Part shown: piece after piece, positions 39,997 through 50,433 of the stretch
How positions within the stretch are numbered: position 1 is the first letter of the stretch
Layout: every line of letters starts with the position of its first letter
Source: Prevotella sp.
Lineage (GTDB): Bacteria > Bacteroidota > Bacteroidia > Bacteroidales > Dysgonomonadaceae
Assembly: GCA_031285625.1 (NCBI GenBank)
Contig: JAITVV010000011.1
Span: 21,644 to 85,643, forward strand
Direction of reading: 5' to 3'
DNA: 64,000 nt
Position numbers and translations under genes: made by a program
Notes under the pieces: generated by a model
Databases searched by the model: none
What the model saw: the letters and a program-made list of their open reading frames with translations, nothing else
What the model was told of the DNA's origin: nothing

Positions 39997-40215
39997 TTAA
40001 ACTGTTTCTATTTTAAAACCTGCATTTTGTACAATTTTCATAATCTCGCCTTCTGGTATCCCATCTGATACAACCGTTAATATTTTATCTTTATTTGCTG
40101 TATCTACTTTCCAACTGGATATTCCTTTAGCAGAATCAAGAAATGGAGTAACTTTAGCTATACATCCACCACAATTGATATTGGTCTTAAACGTAAAAAT
40201 CTTGTTCTTTTCCAT
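39997..40215 (-). CDS. HMA-domain copper chaperone (CopZ-like)
   Basis: NINCGGC metal-binding motif; follows the P1B ATPase. Confidence 0.85.
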   Translation of the reverse strand: MEKNKIFTFKTNINCGGCIAKVTPFLDSAKGISSWKVDTANKDKILTVVSDGIPEGEIMKIVQNAGFKIETV

Positions 40216-40238
40216 AATTTCATTATTTAATTTGTAAT

Positions 40239-42449
40239 TTATTTTTTCCATTTTAGTCTCAAACTATTACTGACAACACTTACACTACTCAAAGCCATTG
40301 CAGCCCCGGCAATCATCGGATTTAGAAGAAATCCGGTAAAAGGATAAAGGATCCCTGCTGCGACCGGAATTCCTATAAGATTATATATAAAAGCCCAAAA
40401 TAGATTCTGTTTTATAGTATTTACTGTCTGTTTCGAAAGTTTTATGGCTTCGGGTATCTTGTTTAAATCTGATGATATTATAGTCATTTTAGCTACATCC
40501 ATTGCTATATCACTCCCCTTTCCCATTGCAATACTCAGATCTGCCTGAGCTAATGCCGTACTATCGTTAATTCCATCACCTACCATGGCAACCATTTTCC
40601 CCTCAGCCTGCAATTGCTTGATAAATTCAGACTTCTCATGTGGCAAAACCTCTGCTTTATAATGCTTAATTCCTGTAGCTTTAGCGATCTCCTGTGCAGT
40701 AGATTCATTATCACCGGTCAACATATACACCTCTATCTTAGAAGATTGAAGCTGTTGTATAGCTGCTTTCGATGTTGATTTCACTTTATCTGCAATAGCA
40801 ATAGAAGCAAGGGCATGGTCACTATTTGCAAACCAAATAATAGTCTTTGATTGATCACTTGATTTTTGAACTTTATCCTTTAACTGATTATCAATAGAAA
40901 TGTTATTCTCAAGCAACAATTTATAATTTCCTACAAAATAAGTTTGTCCATCAATAACACCTTTTGCTCCTTTGCCTGTAATACTTTCAAAATCTGTCAT
41001 AGGGACAGGCAGTATATCATTAAAATAGAGACTAACAGCATCAGCCAATGGATGCTCCGATTGCTTTTCCAGACTAAGTAAAAATACACTCTTACTATCA
41101 TCTCCATTCAACCACGAAATGTCTGTAACAACAGGTCTTCCTTCTGTTATTGTTCCGGTTTTATCTAGCACTATTGCATTTACTTTTTTTGCCAATTCCA
41201 AGCTTTCTGCATCTTTTATCAGAATTCCATTTTCTGCGCCCTTACCTACTCCAACCATTATTGCTGTTGGCGTAGCCAATCCCAGAGCACAAGGACAAGC
41301 TATAATCAACACAGTTACTAAAGCCAATAACCCTTGAGTAAATCCATTTGTGCCTCCCAATATTAACCAGAAAACAAAGGAAAGGATAGCAATACTAATA
41401 ACAACAGGAACAAATATCCCAGCTATTTTATCAACTAGTTTCTGCACTGGAGCTTTGCTTCCCTGTGCCTCCTGTACCATTTTGATAATGTGAGCCAACA
41501 TTGTATCAGAACCTACTTTTTCTGCCTTAAACTGAAAACTTCCTTTCTGATTGATCGTTCCTGCAAAAACTCTGTCATTCTCTTGTTTCAAGACGGGTAT
41601 TGGTTCCCCACTTAACATACTTTCATCAACATATGATGTACCCTCAGTAACAAGTCCGTCAACTGCAATCTTTTCACCGGGTTTCACAAGTAAAATATCA
41701 TCAATACCTATCCTTTCTACAGGCAATTGCACATGAGTACCATCTTGAATAAGTGTCACTGTCTTAGGCTGCAATCCCATTAATCTTTTTATTGCAGAAG
41801 ATGTATTTCCCTTTGCTTTTTCTTCTAATAACCGACCTAGTAATATAAATGCAATAATAACACTTGCTGCCTCAAAGTATACATGAGGCTGAATTCCTCT
41901 TTGTAACCAAAAAACAGGAAACAATGTATTGAATACACTAAACAGATAGGCTACACTGGTACTTAATGCGACAAGAGTATCCATATTGGCAGAACGATGT
42001 TTAGCCTGTTTCCATGCATTCACAAAGAAATCTTTACCAAGCCAGAATATAACAGGAGTAGAAAGTATCCACATTATTTCGTTCGCATATGGGATATCCA
42101 TAAAGAACATACCTATAATAACAACTGGTAATGACAGTATTATAGCCCAGATAGTGCGACGTTTTAAACTATCAAACTTCTTTGTATGAATCTCATCTAA
42201 AATATCTGTTTTATCACCTTCATCATTCTCAATGAGTAAGTCATATCCCCCATCCTGTACAGCCTTACGTATTTCCTTCGGAGAAATAACATCAGGAGCA
42301 TATTCTACAGCAACACTTTCTGTTGCAAAATTAACAGAAGCAGCAGTAACTCCCTCAAGTCCCTTTATTATACTTTCGGCACTGATAGCACATGAAGCAC
42401 AAGACATCTGAAGTACCGGAAATGTTTTCTTTATTGTGGTAGTGTTCAT
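40239..42449 (-). CDS. copA: Copper-exporting P1B-type ATPase
   Basis: [36 protein letters not shown] and MALSS Cu(I) motifs. Confidence 0.93.
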   Translation of the reverse strand: MNTTTIKKTFPVLQMSCASCAISAESIIKGLEGVTAASVNFATESVAVEYAPDVISPKEIRKAVQDGGYDLLIENDEGDKTDILDEIHTKKFDSLKRRTIWAIILSLPVVIIGMFFMDIPYANEIMWILSTPVIFWLGKDFFVNAWKQAKHRSANMDTLVALSTSVAYLFSVFNTLFPVFWLQRGIQPHVYFEAASVIIAFILLGRLLEEKAKGNTSSAIKRLMGLQPKTVTLIQDGTHVQLPVERIGIDDILLVKPGEKIAVDGLVTEGTSYVDESMLSGEPIPVLKQENDRVFAGTINQKGSFQFKAEKVGSDTMLAHIIKMVQEAQGSKAPVQKLVDKIAGIFVPVVISIAILSFVFWLILGGTNGFTQGLLALVTVLIIACPCALGLATPTAIMVGVGKGAENGILIKDAESLELAKKVNAIVLDKTGTITEGRPVVTDISWLNGDDSKSVFLLSLEKQSEHPLADAVSLYFNDILPVPMTDFESITGKGAKGVIDGQTYFVGNYKLLLENNISIDNQLKDKVQKSSDQSKTIIWFANSDHALASIAIADKVKSTSKAAIQQLQSSKIEVYMLTGDNESTAQEIAKATGIKHYKAEVLPHEKSEFIKQLQAEGKMVAMVGDGINDSTALAQADLSIAMGKGSDIAMDVAKMTIISSDLNKIPEAIKLSKQTVNTIKQNLFWAFIYNLIGIPVAAGILYPFTGFLLNPMIAGAAMALSSVSVVSNSLRLKWKK

Positions 42450-42533
42450 AATCAATCTATTATAATTATGATACAAAGATCGTAACAAACTCATCCGAAT
42501 CTGTTATATTATTATTTGAAAAAGTTATGAGAT

Positions 42534-43103
42534 TTACACCTTATCCAAAGGCTTGCGTTTATTGGTCTTTATTTGCTTAAAATGTGTTGGGGTTAGCCCT
42601 GTCACTTTTTTAAACTGAGTACTTAGATGCGCCACACTTGAATAATTCAGTTTAAATGTTATCTCATTCAATGTAAGTTCATCATAAACAAGCAGTTCCT
42701 TTACTTTTTCCACTTTCTGGGCAATGAAATATTTCTCAATAGTGGTACCCTCTACCTCCGAGAATAAATTACTCACATAATTATAATCATGGTGAACCTT
42801 CTCACTAATATAATCCGATAAATTAATTTTCAGATCATTATTATTATAATGAACCAACTCAACAATAAGAGTTTTTACCTGTTCTATTAATCGGGCTTTC
42901 TTATCATCTATAAGTGCAAAACCTAGAGATTCCAACACTCCATTTAATTCCTCTTTCTGCGAGCTATCCAAAGCTTTGGATAAAGTAACCTCTCCAAGTT
43001 CAATAGATATAGGTTCTATTCCCAATTTTTCCAGTTCAGACCTGACAACCATTATACAACGGTTGCAAACCATATTCTTTATATATATCTTTTCCTCTGA
43101 CAT
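42534..43103 (-). CDS. AraC-family regulator with N-terminal CxxC metal-binding domain
   Basis: NMVCNRC; LNYSSVAHLSTQFKKVTGLTP. Confidence 0.88.
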   Translation of the reverse strand: MSEEKIYIKNMVCNRCIMVVRSELEKLGIEPISIELGEVTLSKALDSSQKEELNGVLESLGFALIDDKKARLIEQVKTLIVELVHYNNNDLKINLSDYISEKVHHDYNYVSNLFSEVEGTTIEKYFIAQKVEKVKELLVYDELTLNEITFKLNYSSVAHLSTQFKKVTGLTPTHFKQIKTNKRKPLDKV

Positions 43104-43109
43104 AATAAA

Positions 43110-43967
43110 TTACAACTGAGAATAAGGAACGGAGAAAGTATCTCCATCAGCAATATTGCCAGTTTGAAGTCCTTTTTTGAGCCAACGGCTACGCTGAGCA
43201 GAAGTACCATGATTGAAGGAATCGGGAACGGTATATCCTTGTGATTGCATTTGCAACCTGTCATCCCCTATTTGTGATGCAGCATTCAGTCCTTCCTCAA
43301 TATCACCGTCTTCTATCGAATTAAAATTTTTGTTATCATAAAAAGCCCAAATACCAGCATAGAAATCAGCCTGTAATTCTAATCTTACATTCAGTTGGTT
43401 GCTTTCTTTTTCACTCATTCGTTGTTGCTGTTCATGCACCTTATCCAATGTTCCCAATAGATTTTGTACATGATGACCGACTTCATGAGCAATAACATAA
43501 GCATAAGCAAAATCTCCACCTGCATTTAACTGTTTATCCATTTCGTCAAAAAAAGATAAATCTATATATACGGTTTTATCGGCCGGACAATAGAACGGCC
43601 CGGTTGAAGATGACGCATTCCCACATCCCGATTGGGTAGCACCACTAAACAATACCATCTTGGGAGGAACATATGTCATATTGTTTTGCTGAAATACAGC
43701 TGTCCAAACATCTTCGGTTCCGGCAAGAATTGTTTTTGCAAATGTAGCAGCTTTTTCTTCCTCAGCAGTAGGTGTATAATTACCATTTGTTGTTGTAATA
43801 CCATCTACAGCCTGTTGAGTTAAAAAACTCACAGGGTTTCCACCCATAAACCAGATAATCAATCCGACAACAATGGTACCTCCAATACCCAATGAGATCT
43901 TGCCGGAAGGTCTTTTCCCCCGACGGTCATCTACATTATCACTCGTTCTGCGTCCATCAAGTCTCAT
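43110..43967 (-). CDS. Neutral zinc metallopeptidase (YpfJ family)
   Basis: GPFYCPAD, AHEVGHHVQ, ELQADFYAG, SFNHGTS. Confidence 0.9.
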   Translation of the reverse strand: MRLDGRRTSDNVDDRRGKRPSGKISLGIGGTIVVGLIIWFMGGNPVSFLTQQAVDGITTTNGNYTPTAEEEKAATFAKTILAGTEDVWTAVFQQNNMTYVPPKMVLFSGATQSGCGNASSSTGPFYCPADKTVYIDLSFFDEMDKQLNAGGDFAYAYVIAHEVGHHVQNLLGTLDKVHEQQQRMSEKESNQLNVRLELQADFYAGIWAFYDNKNFNSIEDGDIEEGLNAASQIGDDRLQMQSQGYTVPDSFNHGTSAQRSRWLKKGLQTGNIADGDTFSVPYSQL

Positions 43968-44101
43968 AGCTATTCAGTTTATAAAGTATACAAAGATGCA
44001 AAAAACAATTTTAGATTTAAACAGTTATCTTTTTCTTTTGTTCGAAACCATCTTTTTACGATTATCATATGGACCGTGATAGTTTTCTAAATTTTAAATT
44101 A

Positions 44102-44428
44102 TCAACCTCTAATCATGGTCAATAACATCTTAAATCTTTCCACTGCAAACAATGCATGTGAAATATTGGCAGGCATAATAATGGTTTCCCCTTGTTTTAA
44201 TAATACCGGATTGCCTGCTATTTTAATTTCCACCTCTCCGTCTAACACCTGCACCATAGCATCGAATGGTGCTGTATGTTCACTCAAGCCCTGTCCTTTG
44301 TCGAAAGAGAATAAGGTAATATTTCCTGCATTGCTTTTTAGTATCTGTTTGCTGACAACTCCTCCATCAGAATAATCAACAAGTTGTGATAAACTTAGAA
44401 TCTTCCCTTTTTCGAATATATCATTCAT
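44102..44428 (-). CDS. Cupin domain protein
   Basis: FSFDKGQGLSEHTAP, MPANISHAL. Confidence 0.85.
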   Translation of the reverse strand: MNDIFEKGKILSLSQLVDYSDGGVVSKQILKSNAGNITLFSFDKGQGLSEHTAPFDAMVQVLDGEVEIKIAGNPVLLKQGETIIMPANISHALFAVERFKMLLTMIRG

Positions 44429-44485
44429 AATTTTATTAATTAAGAGTTTTATAATGTGAAGATATTAAGATAAGACTGAAAAATT

Positions 44486-44501
44486 TGTCGCATTTGTTAC
44501 A
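44486..44501. promoter_or_regulatory. Candidate Crp/Fnr-family (HcpR-like) operator upstream of the cupin gene
   Basis: TGTCGC-attt-GTTACA imperfect palindrome 58 bp upstream of the ATG. Confidence 0.4.
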
Positions 44502-44572
44502 ATCTGCATGTTGAGCCGAAATACTAATTTTTTCTACTTTTATAATCTTCTGTTTTTCTGTACAATACGAAT

Positions 44573-44598
44573 AAAAAGTGACAAAGGTGACAGTTTTT
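44573..44598 (+). repeat. Dispersed GTGACAAAAGTAACA motif, copy 4
   Basis: aaaaagtgacaaaggtgacagttttt, followed by ttgtaac...gtcacc. Confidence 0.55.
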
Positions 44599-44876
44599 AC
44601 GCATTTCTGTATTGTAACTTTTTCGTCACCTAATATTACATAGAACTATTTATATACAGACAATTAAATATACTATTTGTAACATGAGTACGATATAAAA
44701 AGTTCTGAAATATTACATATATAAAATGATATCAATGTCATTTTTTTAAATATATATATCAAAAACAGTAATTGCTTATTACTTAGAGATATTAAATTTG
44801 TATGATATAATACTAGCAAAAATCAATTAATACCAAATCTATCAGAAAAAAACAATATAATAATCAACAATTTACA

Positions 44877-47501
44877 ATGAAACATTTTCTTGTTTACTTA
44901 TTTATGTTGTTCTCAATAACAACATTAGTGGCACAACCTATCAACCTGCGTTGTGAACATCTTAACAATCCCCTAGGTATCGACGAAAAAGAGCCACGGC
45001 TTACATGGATGATTGAAGACACACGTTCCGGAGCCATGCAAACTGCTTTTCGGGTAATAGTTGACACAGACTCTTCAGCCATTGTTAACGGACAAGGTAG
45101 TATGTGGGATACGGGTAAATTAGATTCAAATAATATTCTTATTACATATGCAGGTAAGAAGCTAGTTCCTTTCACCAAATATTATTGGAAAGTTATCAGC
45201 TGGGATCAGGATTCAAAGCAAAGTTCTTCGCAGATCAATACCTTTGAGACAGGGATGATGGATATGAGAAACTGGCAAGGGTCATGGATTGGAGATGGAA
45301 AAGATATTGATTACAAGCCTGCCCCCTATTTCCGGAAGAAATTTGCAACAAAGAAAACTGTAAAATCTGCCAGGGCATATATTGCTGTAGCCGGACTTTA
45401 CGAACTATATATCAATGGAGAAAAGATAGGAAATCATCGTCTTGATCCGATGTATACACGCTTCGACAGAAGAAATTTATATGTAACATATGATGTTACC
45501 GACCAACTTCAAAACGGGGATAATGCTATCGGAGTACTTCTGGGAAATGGTTGGTACAATCATCAATCGATGGGAGTATGGGATTTTCACCGCGCACCTT
45601 GGCGCAATCGTCCAACCTTCTGCCTCGACCTGCGGGTTACATATACTGACGGAACCGTAGAAACAATAACAACCGGCAGAGACTGGAAAACAGCGTCCGG
45701 TCCTCTGGTACTGAATAGTATATATACGGCTGAGCATTACGATGCACGGCTGGAACAGAAAGGGTGGAATACAGTATCTTTCGACGACTCGAAATGGCAT
45801 GGTGTAGGATACAGGGCTGCACCATCCGAAAATGTAAGAGCACAACAAGTACAACCAATACGTAATGTATTGACCTTTCCTGCAAAATCAGTAAAAAAAC
45901 TAAATGAAAATACTTATTTATTTGATTTTGGACAAAATATGTCAGGTGTAACAAAGCTTAAAATATCAGGAGAGGAAGGTACAATACTTAAACTCAAGCA
46001 TGGAGAACGTCTATCAGAAAACGGACATATTGATATGTCAAATATAGATGTATATTATCGGGGAGATAATGAGAAAGAGCCTTTCCAGACCGACATTGTA
46101 ACTCTGAGTGGTGGCGAAGATGAATTTATGGCCAAGTTTAACTATAAAGGATTTCGCTATGTGGAAGTAACCAGTAGTAAGTCTATCGAACTCAACACAA
46201 ATAATCTCACAGCCTATTTTATGCATAGTGATGTATCATCTGTTGGAAGTATAAAAACATCTAGCGACCTTGTAAATAGGATATGGTGGGCTACCAATAA
46301 TGCTTATTTATCAAATCTGATGGGCTTCCCTACCGATTGCCCTCAGCGTGAAAAGAATGGCTGGACAGGTGACGGACATTTTGCTATAGAAACGGCACTC
46401 TACAACTTCGATGGAGTTACTGTATATGAAAAATGGCTTGCCGACCATAGGGATGAGCAACAGCCCAACGGTGTACTTCCTGATATAATTCCTACTGGAG
46501 GATGGGGCTACGGAACAGATAACGGATTGGATTGGACCAGTACAATAGCTATTATCCCATGGAATATATATCTTTTCTATGGAGATAGTAAGCTCTTAAA
46601 AGATTGCTATGATAATATTAAAAGTTATGTAGACTATGTAGATCGTATAAGTCCAAACGGATTAACATCATGGGGGCGCGGCGACTGGGTTCCTGTTAAA
46701 TCCCAGTCAAACAAGGAGCTAACCTCTTCTGTTTACTTCTATGTGGATGCAAAGATATTAGTCAATGCGGCCAGATTATTCAATAAACAGGACGATTACC
46801 AGTATTATACAGCATTAGCTGAAAAAATTAAAAATGCAATCAATACTAAATTTCTGGATAGAGAGAAAGGTATCTACGCAAGCGGAACCCAAACAGAGTT
46901 AAGTGTACCATTGCAGTGGAAAGTTGTTCCTGAAGATATGATACCTGTAGTTGCACAGAATCTGGCTAATAAGGTAAAAGATACGGGATTTCACCTTGAT
47001 GTCGGTGTACTGGGAGCTAAAGCAATATTGAATGCATTGAGCGAAAACGGTTATGCAGAAACTGCCTATAAAGTAGCATCACAAGATACATATCCATCCT
47101 GGGGATGGTGGATTGTTAACGGAGCCACTACATTACTGGAAAACTGGGATTTGAAGGCAGAACGGGATATCTCTGATAATCATATGATGTTTGGTGAAGT
47201 TGGCGGTTGGTTTTATAAGGGATTAGGAGGTATTTTTCCTGATCCGGAGCAACCCGGCTTCAAGCATACTATTCTTCGTCCTAATTTCGTAGACGGCTTA
47301 ACCAACTTCGAAGCCAAGTTTAAATCTCCATATGGTGAAATTTCATCTAAATGGGAAATAAAAAAGAAGAACGTAACCTATGAGGTAGTAATACCAGCCA
47401 ATAGTAATGCAACCCTTTATTTACCGGATAATATCAGTGGAGAGAAAATAAGACAGCTGGATGCAGGTAAGCATGTTTTGATGTTAATCAAAACCAAATA
47501 A
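44877..47501 (+). CDS. GH78 alpha-L-rhamnosidase, secreted
   Basis: LRCEHLNNPLGID, PTDCPQREKNGWTGD, GATTLLENW, NHMMFG. Confidence 0.9.
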   Translation: MKHFLVYLFMLFSITTLVAQPINLRCEHLNNPLGIDEKEPRLTWMIEDTRSGAMQTAFRVIVDTDSSAIVNGQGSMWDTGKLDSNNILITYAGKKLVPFTKYYWKVISWDQDSKQSSSQINTFETGMMDMRNWQGSWIGDGKDIDYKPAPYFRKKFATKKTVKSARAYIAVAGLYELYINGEKIGNHRLDPMYTRFDRRNLYVTYDVTDQLQNGDNAIGVLLGNGWYNHQSMGVWDFHRAPWRNRPTFCLDLRVTYTDGTVETITTGRDWKTASGPLVLNSIYTAEHYDARLEQKGWNTVSFDDSKWHGVGYRAAPSENVRAQQVQPIRNVLTFPAKSVKKLNENTYLFDFGQNMSGVTKLKISGEEGTILKLKHGERLSENGHIDMSNIDVYYRGDNEKEPFQTDIVTLSGGEDEFMAKFNYKGFRYVEVTSSKSIELNTNNLTAYFMHSDVSSVGSIKTSSDLVNRIWWATNNAYLSNLMGFPTDCPQREKNGWTGDGHFAIETALYNFDGVTVYEKWLADHRDEQQPNGVLPDIIPTGGWGYGTDNGLDWTSTIAIIPWNIYLFYGDSKLLKDCYDNIKSYVDYVDRISPNGLTSWGRGDWVPVKSQSNKELTSSVYFYVDAKILVNAARLFNKQDDYQYYTALAEKIKNAINTKFLDREKGIYASGTQTELSVPLQWKVVPEDMIPVVAQNLANKVKDTGFHLDVGVLGAKAILNALSENGYAETAYKVASQDTYPSWGWWIVNGATTLLENWDLKAERDISDNHMMFGEVGGWFYKGLGGIFPDPEQPGFKHTILRPNFVDGLTNFEAKFKSPYGEISSKWEIKKKNVTYEVVIPANSNATLYLPDNISGEKIRQLDAGKHVLMLIKTK

Positions 47502-47512
47502 TTCGAGGGTAG

Positions 47513-47548
47513 TAAAGGATCTCACTTGTCAAGAAGTGAGATCCTTTA
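47513..47548. terminator. Bidirectional terminator
   Basis: taaaggatctcactt-gtcaag-aagtgagatccttta. Confidence 0.85.
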
Positions 47549-47553
47549 TTATA

Positions 47554-48888
47554 TCAGAATCTTAAGCATTCTTTGAAGTTTTCAGTTGAATGAAAACGTT
47601 TAAGGTATAGCAAAGATAATACAAGTAAAACAATTACATATAGCTGCTCAGCTGTCCAATATACAGCAAGTGGAATATTTGATGAGCATGACAGTATATA
47701 CAGATAAAGTAAGTAGATAGTTATATTTATCATTTGGAATAGAAATGCTATTCTTGTATTACCTGTACCAATGACAGTATTACAATAGATATAAGCCGGA
47801 ACGGAAATAATAAATGTTGATAACATCACACAAAATGGATAAAATGCAGTCTGAACAACTGCTATATCATTAGTAAACAACCCCAAAAGACTTTCTGAAA
47901 AAAGAAAAGATAGCATTATAAAAGGGATACCAGTTGCATAATTCAATATAATAACACGGCGACAGACCGGCATCACTTTTATAGCTTGCCCTGCTCCAAT
48001 GAGATTACTTACCAATGAAATAGTCGTTGTAGCAAAGGAATTTACAATAATAAAGAAAAGCATAGAGATACTTCTTACAACATTAGCGGCAGCAAGTTCA
48101 CATTCCCCTAAATGTTCAATCGCAACAAAGAAAAGAAACCAGGGCGCTATGCAAAAGAATGACCGGATCATAGTCCAAACGGATATACTAAGAAGATGGA
48201 GTGATAATTTTAAGTTGAATGCAAATTGTATTCCATACCGATTCTTATCTACATGCCGCCACATGTAATAAACAAGAAACAACAATCCAATCAGCCCCGC
48301 TAAAGATGAACCGATGGCAGCCCCGCTAATTCCAAGCCGGGGGAACCCAGCCTTTCCAAAAATCAATAGGTAGTTAAACAGGGTGTTACATATCACCATT
48401 AAAATGGAGCTGACTGTTAAAATCTTAGTATTGGTAGTTCCAATAAAAAAAGCACGAATGGCTAATAAAGGAAAGGCGAAAAGATAACTATAATCCCTCC
48501 ACTCCATATATTGTATTGTTGCCTGATACACGTTATCCGAAGAAATTACTAAACGAAGTAATACTGGAGAGAATAACTTGGACAAAATAAAAATGATAAT
48601 GGCAAAAACGGATAAAAAGATCAGAGCCTGATAGAAAACTTTGCCAACTTCCGTATATCGTTCTTCTCCGTTTCGTCTAGCAATAACAACTTGCGCCCCA
48701 AGACTAAAGCCAAAGCCTAACATATAAATAGCGGTGTAATACATTGTAGCCAAGGCTGATGCGCCAAGGTCTATTTGACTGACATGGCCCAGAAAAATAG
48801 AATCTGTCAAATTAATTAACTGTTCCATTAGTAAGCTCACCATAATGGGCAGGTTGATGAGCCAGATTTGTTTATATGTATAATTCAT
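47554..48888 (-). CDS. MATE family efflux transporter
   Basis: About 12 TM segments; INLTDSIFLGH, GAQVVIARRNG, FPRLGISGAAIGS. Confidence 0.9.
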   Translation of the reverse strand: MNYTYKQIWLINLPIMVSLLMEQLINLTDSIFLGHVSQIDLGASALATMYYTAIYMLGFGFSLGAQVVIARRNGEERYTEVGKVFYQALIFLSVFAIIIFILSKLFSPVLLRLVISSDNVYQATIQYMEWRDYSYLFAFPLLAIRAFFIGTTNTKILTVSSILMVICNTLFNYLLIFGKAGFPRLGISGAAIGSSLAGLIGLLFLVYYMWRHVDKNRYGIQFAFNLKLSLHLLSISVWTMIRSFFCIAPWFLFFVAIEHLGECELAAANVVRSISMLFFIIVNSFATTTISLVSNLIGAGQAIKVMPVCRRVIILNYATGIPFIMLSFLFSESLLGLFTNDIAVVQTAFYPFCVMLSTFIISVPAYIYCNTVIGTGNTRIAFLFQMINITIYLLYLYILSCSSNIPLAVYWTAEQLYVIVLLVLSLLYLKRFHSTENFKECLRF

Positions 48889-49036
48889 TTTGTTTTTATG
48901 AAAAAGACATGCTTATGCAACACATCGAAAATGCTGCAAAAACATTAATAATTTTATTGATTAAACTCTGTAAAAGATATGGGCATAGTAGTTTAATGCT
49001 GAAGAGATATTCCCCAACATGCCCAATGCTGAATAG

Positions 49037-49060
49037 CTATATACAGAGTTGCCACTTCAT
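49037..49060 (-). promoter_or_regulatory. Putative leader peptide MKWQLCI in the structured 5' leader of the MATE gene
   Basis: ATG AAG TGG CAA CTC TGT ATA TAG just downstream of a TATCTTTG promoter; overlaps one arm of a 9-bp inverted repeat. Confidence 0.5.
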
Positions 49061-49119
49061 AAGTCAATAAATTGAATTATAGATACAAAGATAATTTAAT
49101 TTTTAAATATGGTATTACT

Positions 49120-49512
49120 TTATTCAGGTTCGTCGGTATCGAGACAGAAAGGATGTCCTGCCGGATCGATCATAGTTCTTGAAGTCCTGAAATATTGTTC
49201 GTCTGCAAGCTTAGCTCCTAATTCGATGGCATAAGTCACTGCTTCGTCCAAATTGTCAACATAAAAATCCAGATGTAGCATTTGACCTTGCTCTTCTTTT
49301 CTCCATGGCCATACAGGTGGTTGATAATCCTCAATTTCTTGAAAAGCCATTACCATACCTGTAGGAGAAGTTATCGCCGCCCATCCGTTTGCTTGAGGAT
49401 GTGTCCAATCCCAACCTAATAGTTTACTATAGAATTCAGCTAATACACCGGCATCTTTACAATCTATTACAACATTGATTTTTCTGATATTTATTTTTGA
49501 TTTTTGGTCCAT
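49120..49512 (-). CDS. VOC/glyoxalase-like protein
   Basis: VVIDCKD...LAEFYSKLLG, MLHLDFYV, DPAGHPFCL. Confidence 0.88.
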   Translation of the reverse strand: MDQKSKINIRKINVVIDCKDAGVLAEFYSKLLGWDWTHPQANGWAAITSPTGMVMAFQEIEDYQPPVWPWRKEEQGQMLHLDFYVDNLDEAVTYAIELGAKLADEQYFRTSRTMIDPAGHPFCLDTDEPE

Positions 49513-49584
49513 AGTTATATACATCTTTTTAAAGAGGAACTACTCTCCTACTGGCAGAAGAGTAGTTCTTAATTATTTTATAAA

Positions 49585-50154
49585 TTACCTGTCGGATTCG
49601 TCATCTCTCCAGTGCTCAGGTTTGTTCAAGGCATCACAACACCTTATTTTACCTTTTTCTATGCCAAACCCCTCCTCACCTATTGGTAATACCATCCAGT
49701 AATCATCATTTTCGTCAGGAATCGGATATGGGGCCGGATAACCCAGACGTGTAGCCTGAGGTATAAATCCATATTTAGGGTAATACTCTTTATGACCCAA
49801 TACAAAGATAAAACTTGAGCCTCTTTCTTTTAATATCTGAATGCCTTTCTTTATAAGCTGCCCGCCAATACCCTGCCGTTGATATTCCGGCTTTACAGCC
49901 AATGGAGCAAGAATATGCATCATAGGTTGCTCACCCTGCCGATCAAAACAAACTCTGGTGAATAGAATATGTCCAACAGCTTCATGTCCATTAAAGGCCA
50001 AAAGTGATAACATCGGCTCCCCTGTCTTATCCTCTAATAAATCAGCTACGAGTTTTGCTTCCTTATCATACCCGAAGGCTAATCTTTCAACCTCCATGAT
50101 GTCGTTGAAATCATGCTGCACTGTTTCTCTAATTAAAATATTGTTTATATTCAT
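49585..50154 (-). CDS. GNAT N-acetyltransferase (YhbS-like)
   Basis: VGHILFT, LAPLAVKPEYQRQGIGGQLI, VLGHKEYYPKYGF. Confidence 0.9.
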   Translation of the reverse strand: MNINNILIRETVQHDFNDIMEVERLAFGYDKEAKLVADLLEDKTGEPMLSLLAFNGHEAVGHILFTRVCFDRQGEQPMMHILAPLAVKPEYQRQGIGGQLIKKGIQILKERGSSFIFVLGHKEYYPKYGFIPQATRLGYPAPYPIPDENDDYWMVLPIGEEGFGIEKGKIRCCDALNKPEHWRDDESDR

Positions 50155-50305
50155 TTCTTTTTTGCTTTTATGTAATAACCTCGACTTCAGAATTATTCTA
50201 AAATTCTGAATCAGTTATTGTTAATAATTAATATGAAATTGACTGACAATATTAAATGTCAGAAATGAATAAGGGATAATTTGTAATGGTATATTTACAA
50301 ATTAT

Positions 50306-50338
50306 TTACTTCACCAATATCTTCTTAGATTTAGACAT
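50306..50338 (-). promoter_or_regulatory. Putative leader peptide MSKSKKILVK upstream of GNAT-VOC
   Basis: Short ORF 17 bp after a TATATTTG promoter (50355-50362, minus strand), followed by three hairpins. Confidence 0.5.
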
Positions 50339-50433
50339 ATTCCGTTATTTAATGCAAATATAATTTTTTTACTTTAATCAAACAATATGATTCCTCATAT
50401 AAAGGAAACTTTATATCTTTGCAGAGAAAGAAT

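Noticed and set aside
48876-49070. Plus-strand 64-aa ORF upstream of MATE
   Set aside because: Antisense to the structured MATE leader; no recognisable protein features
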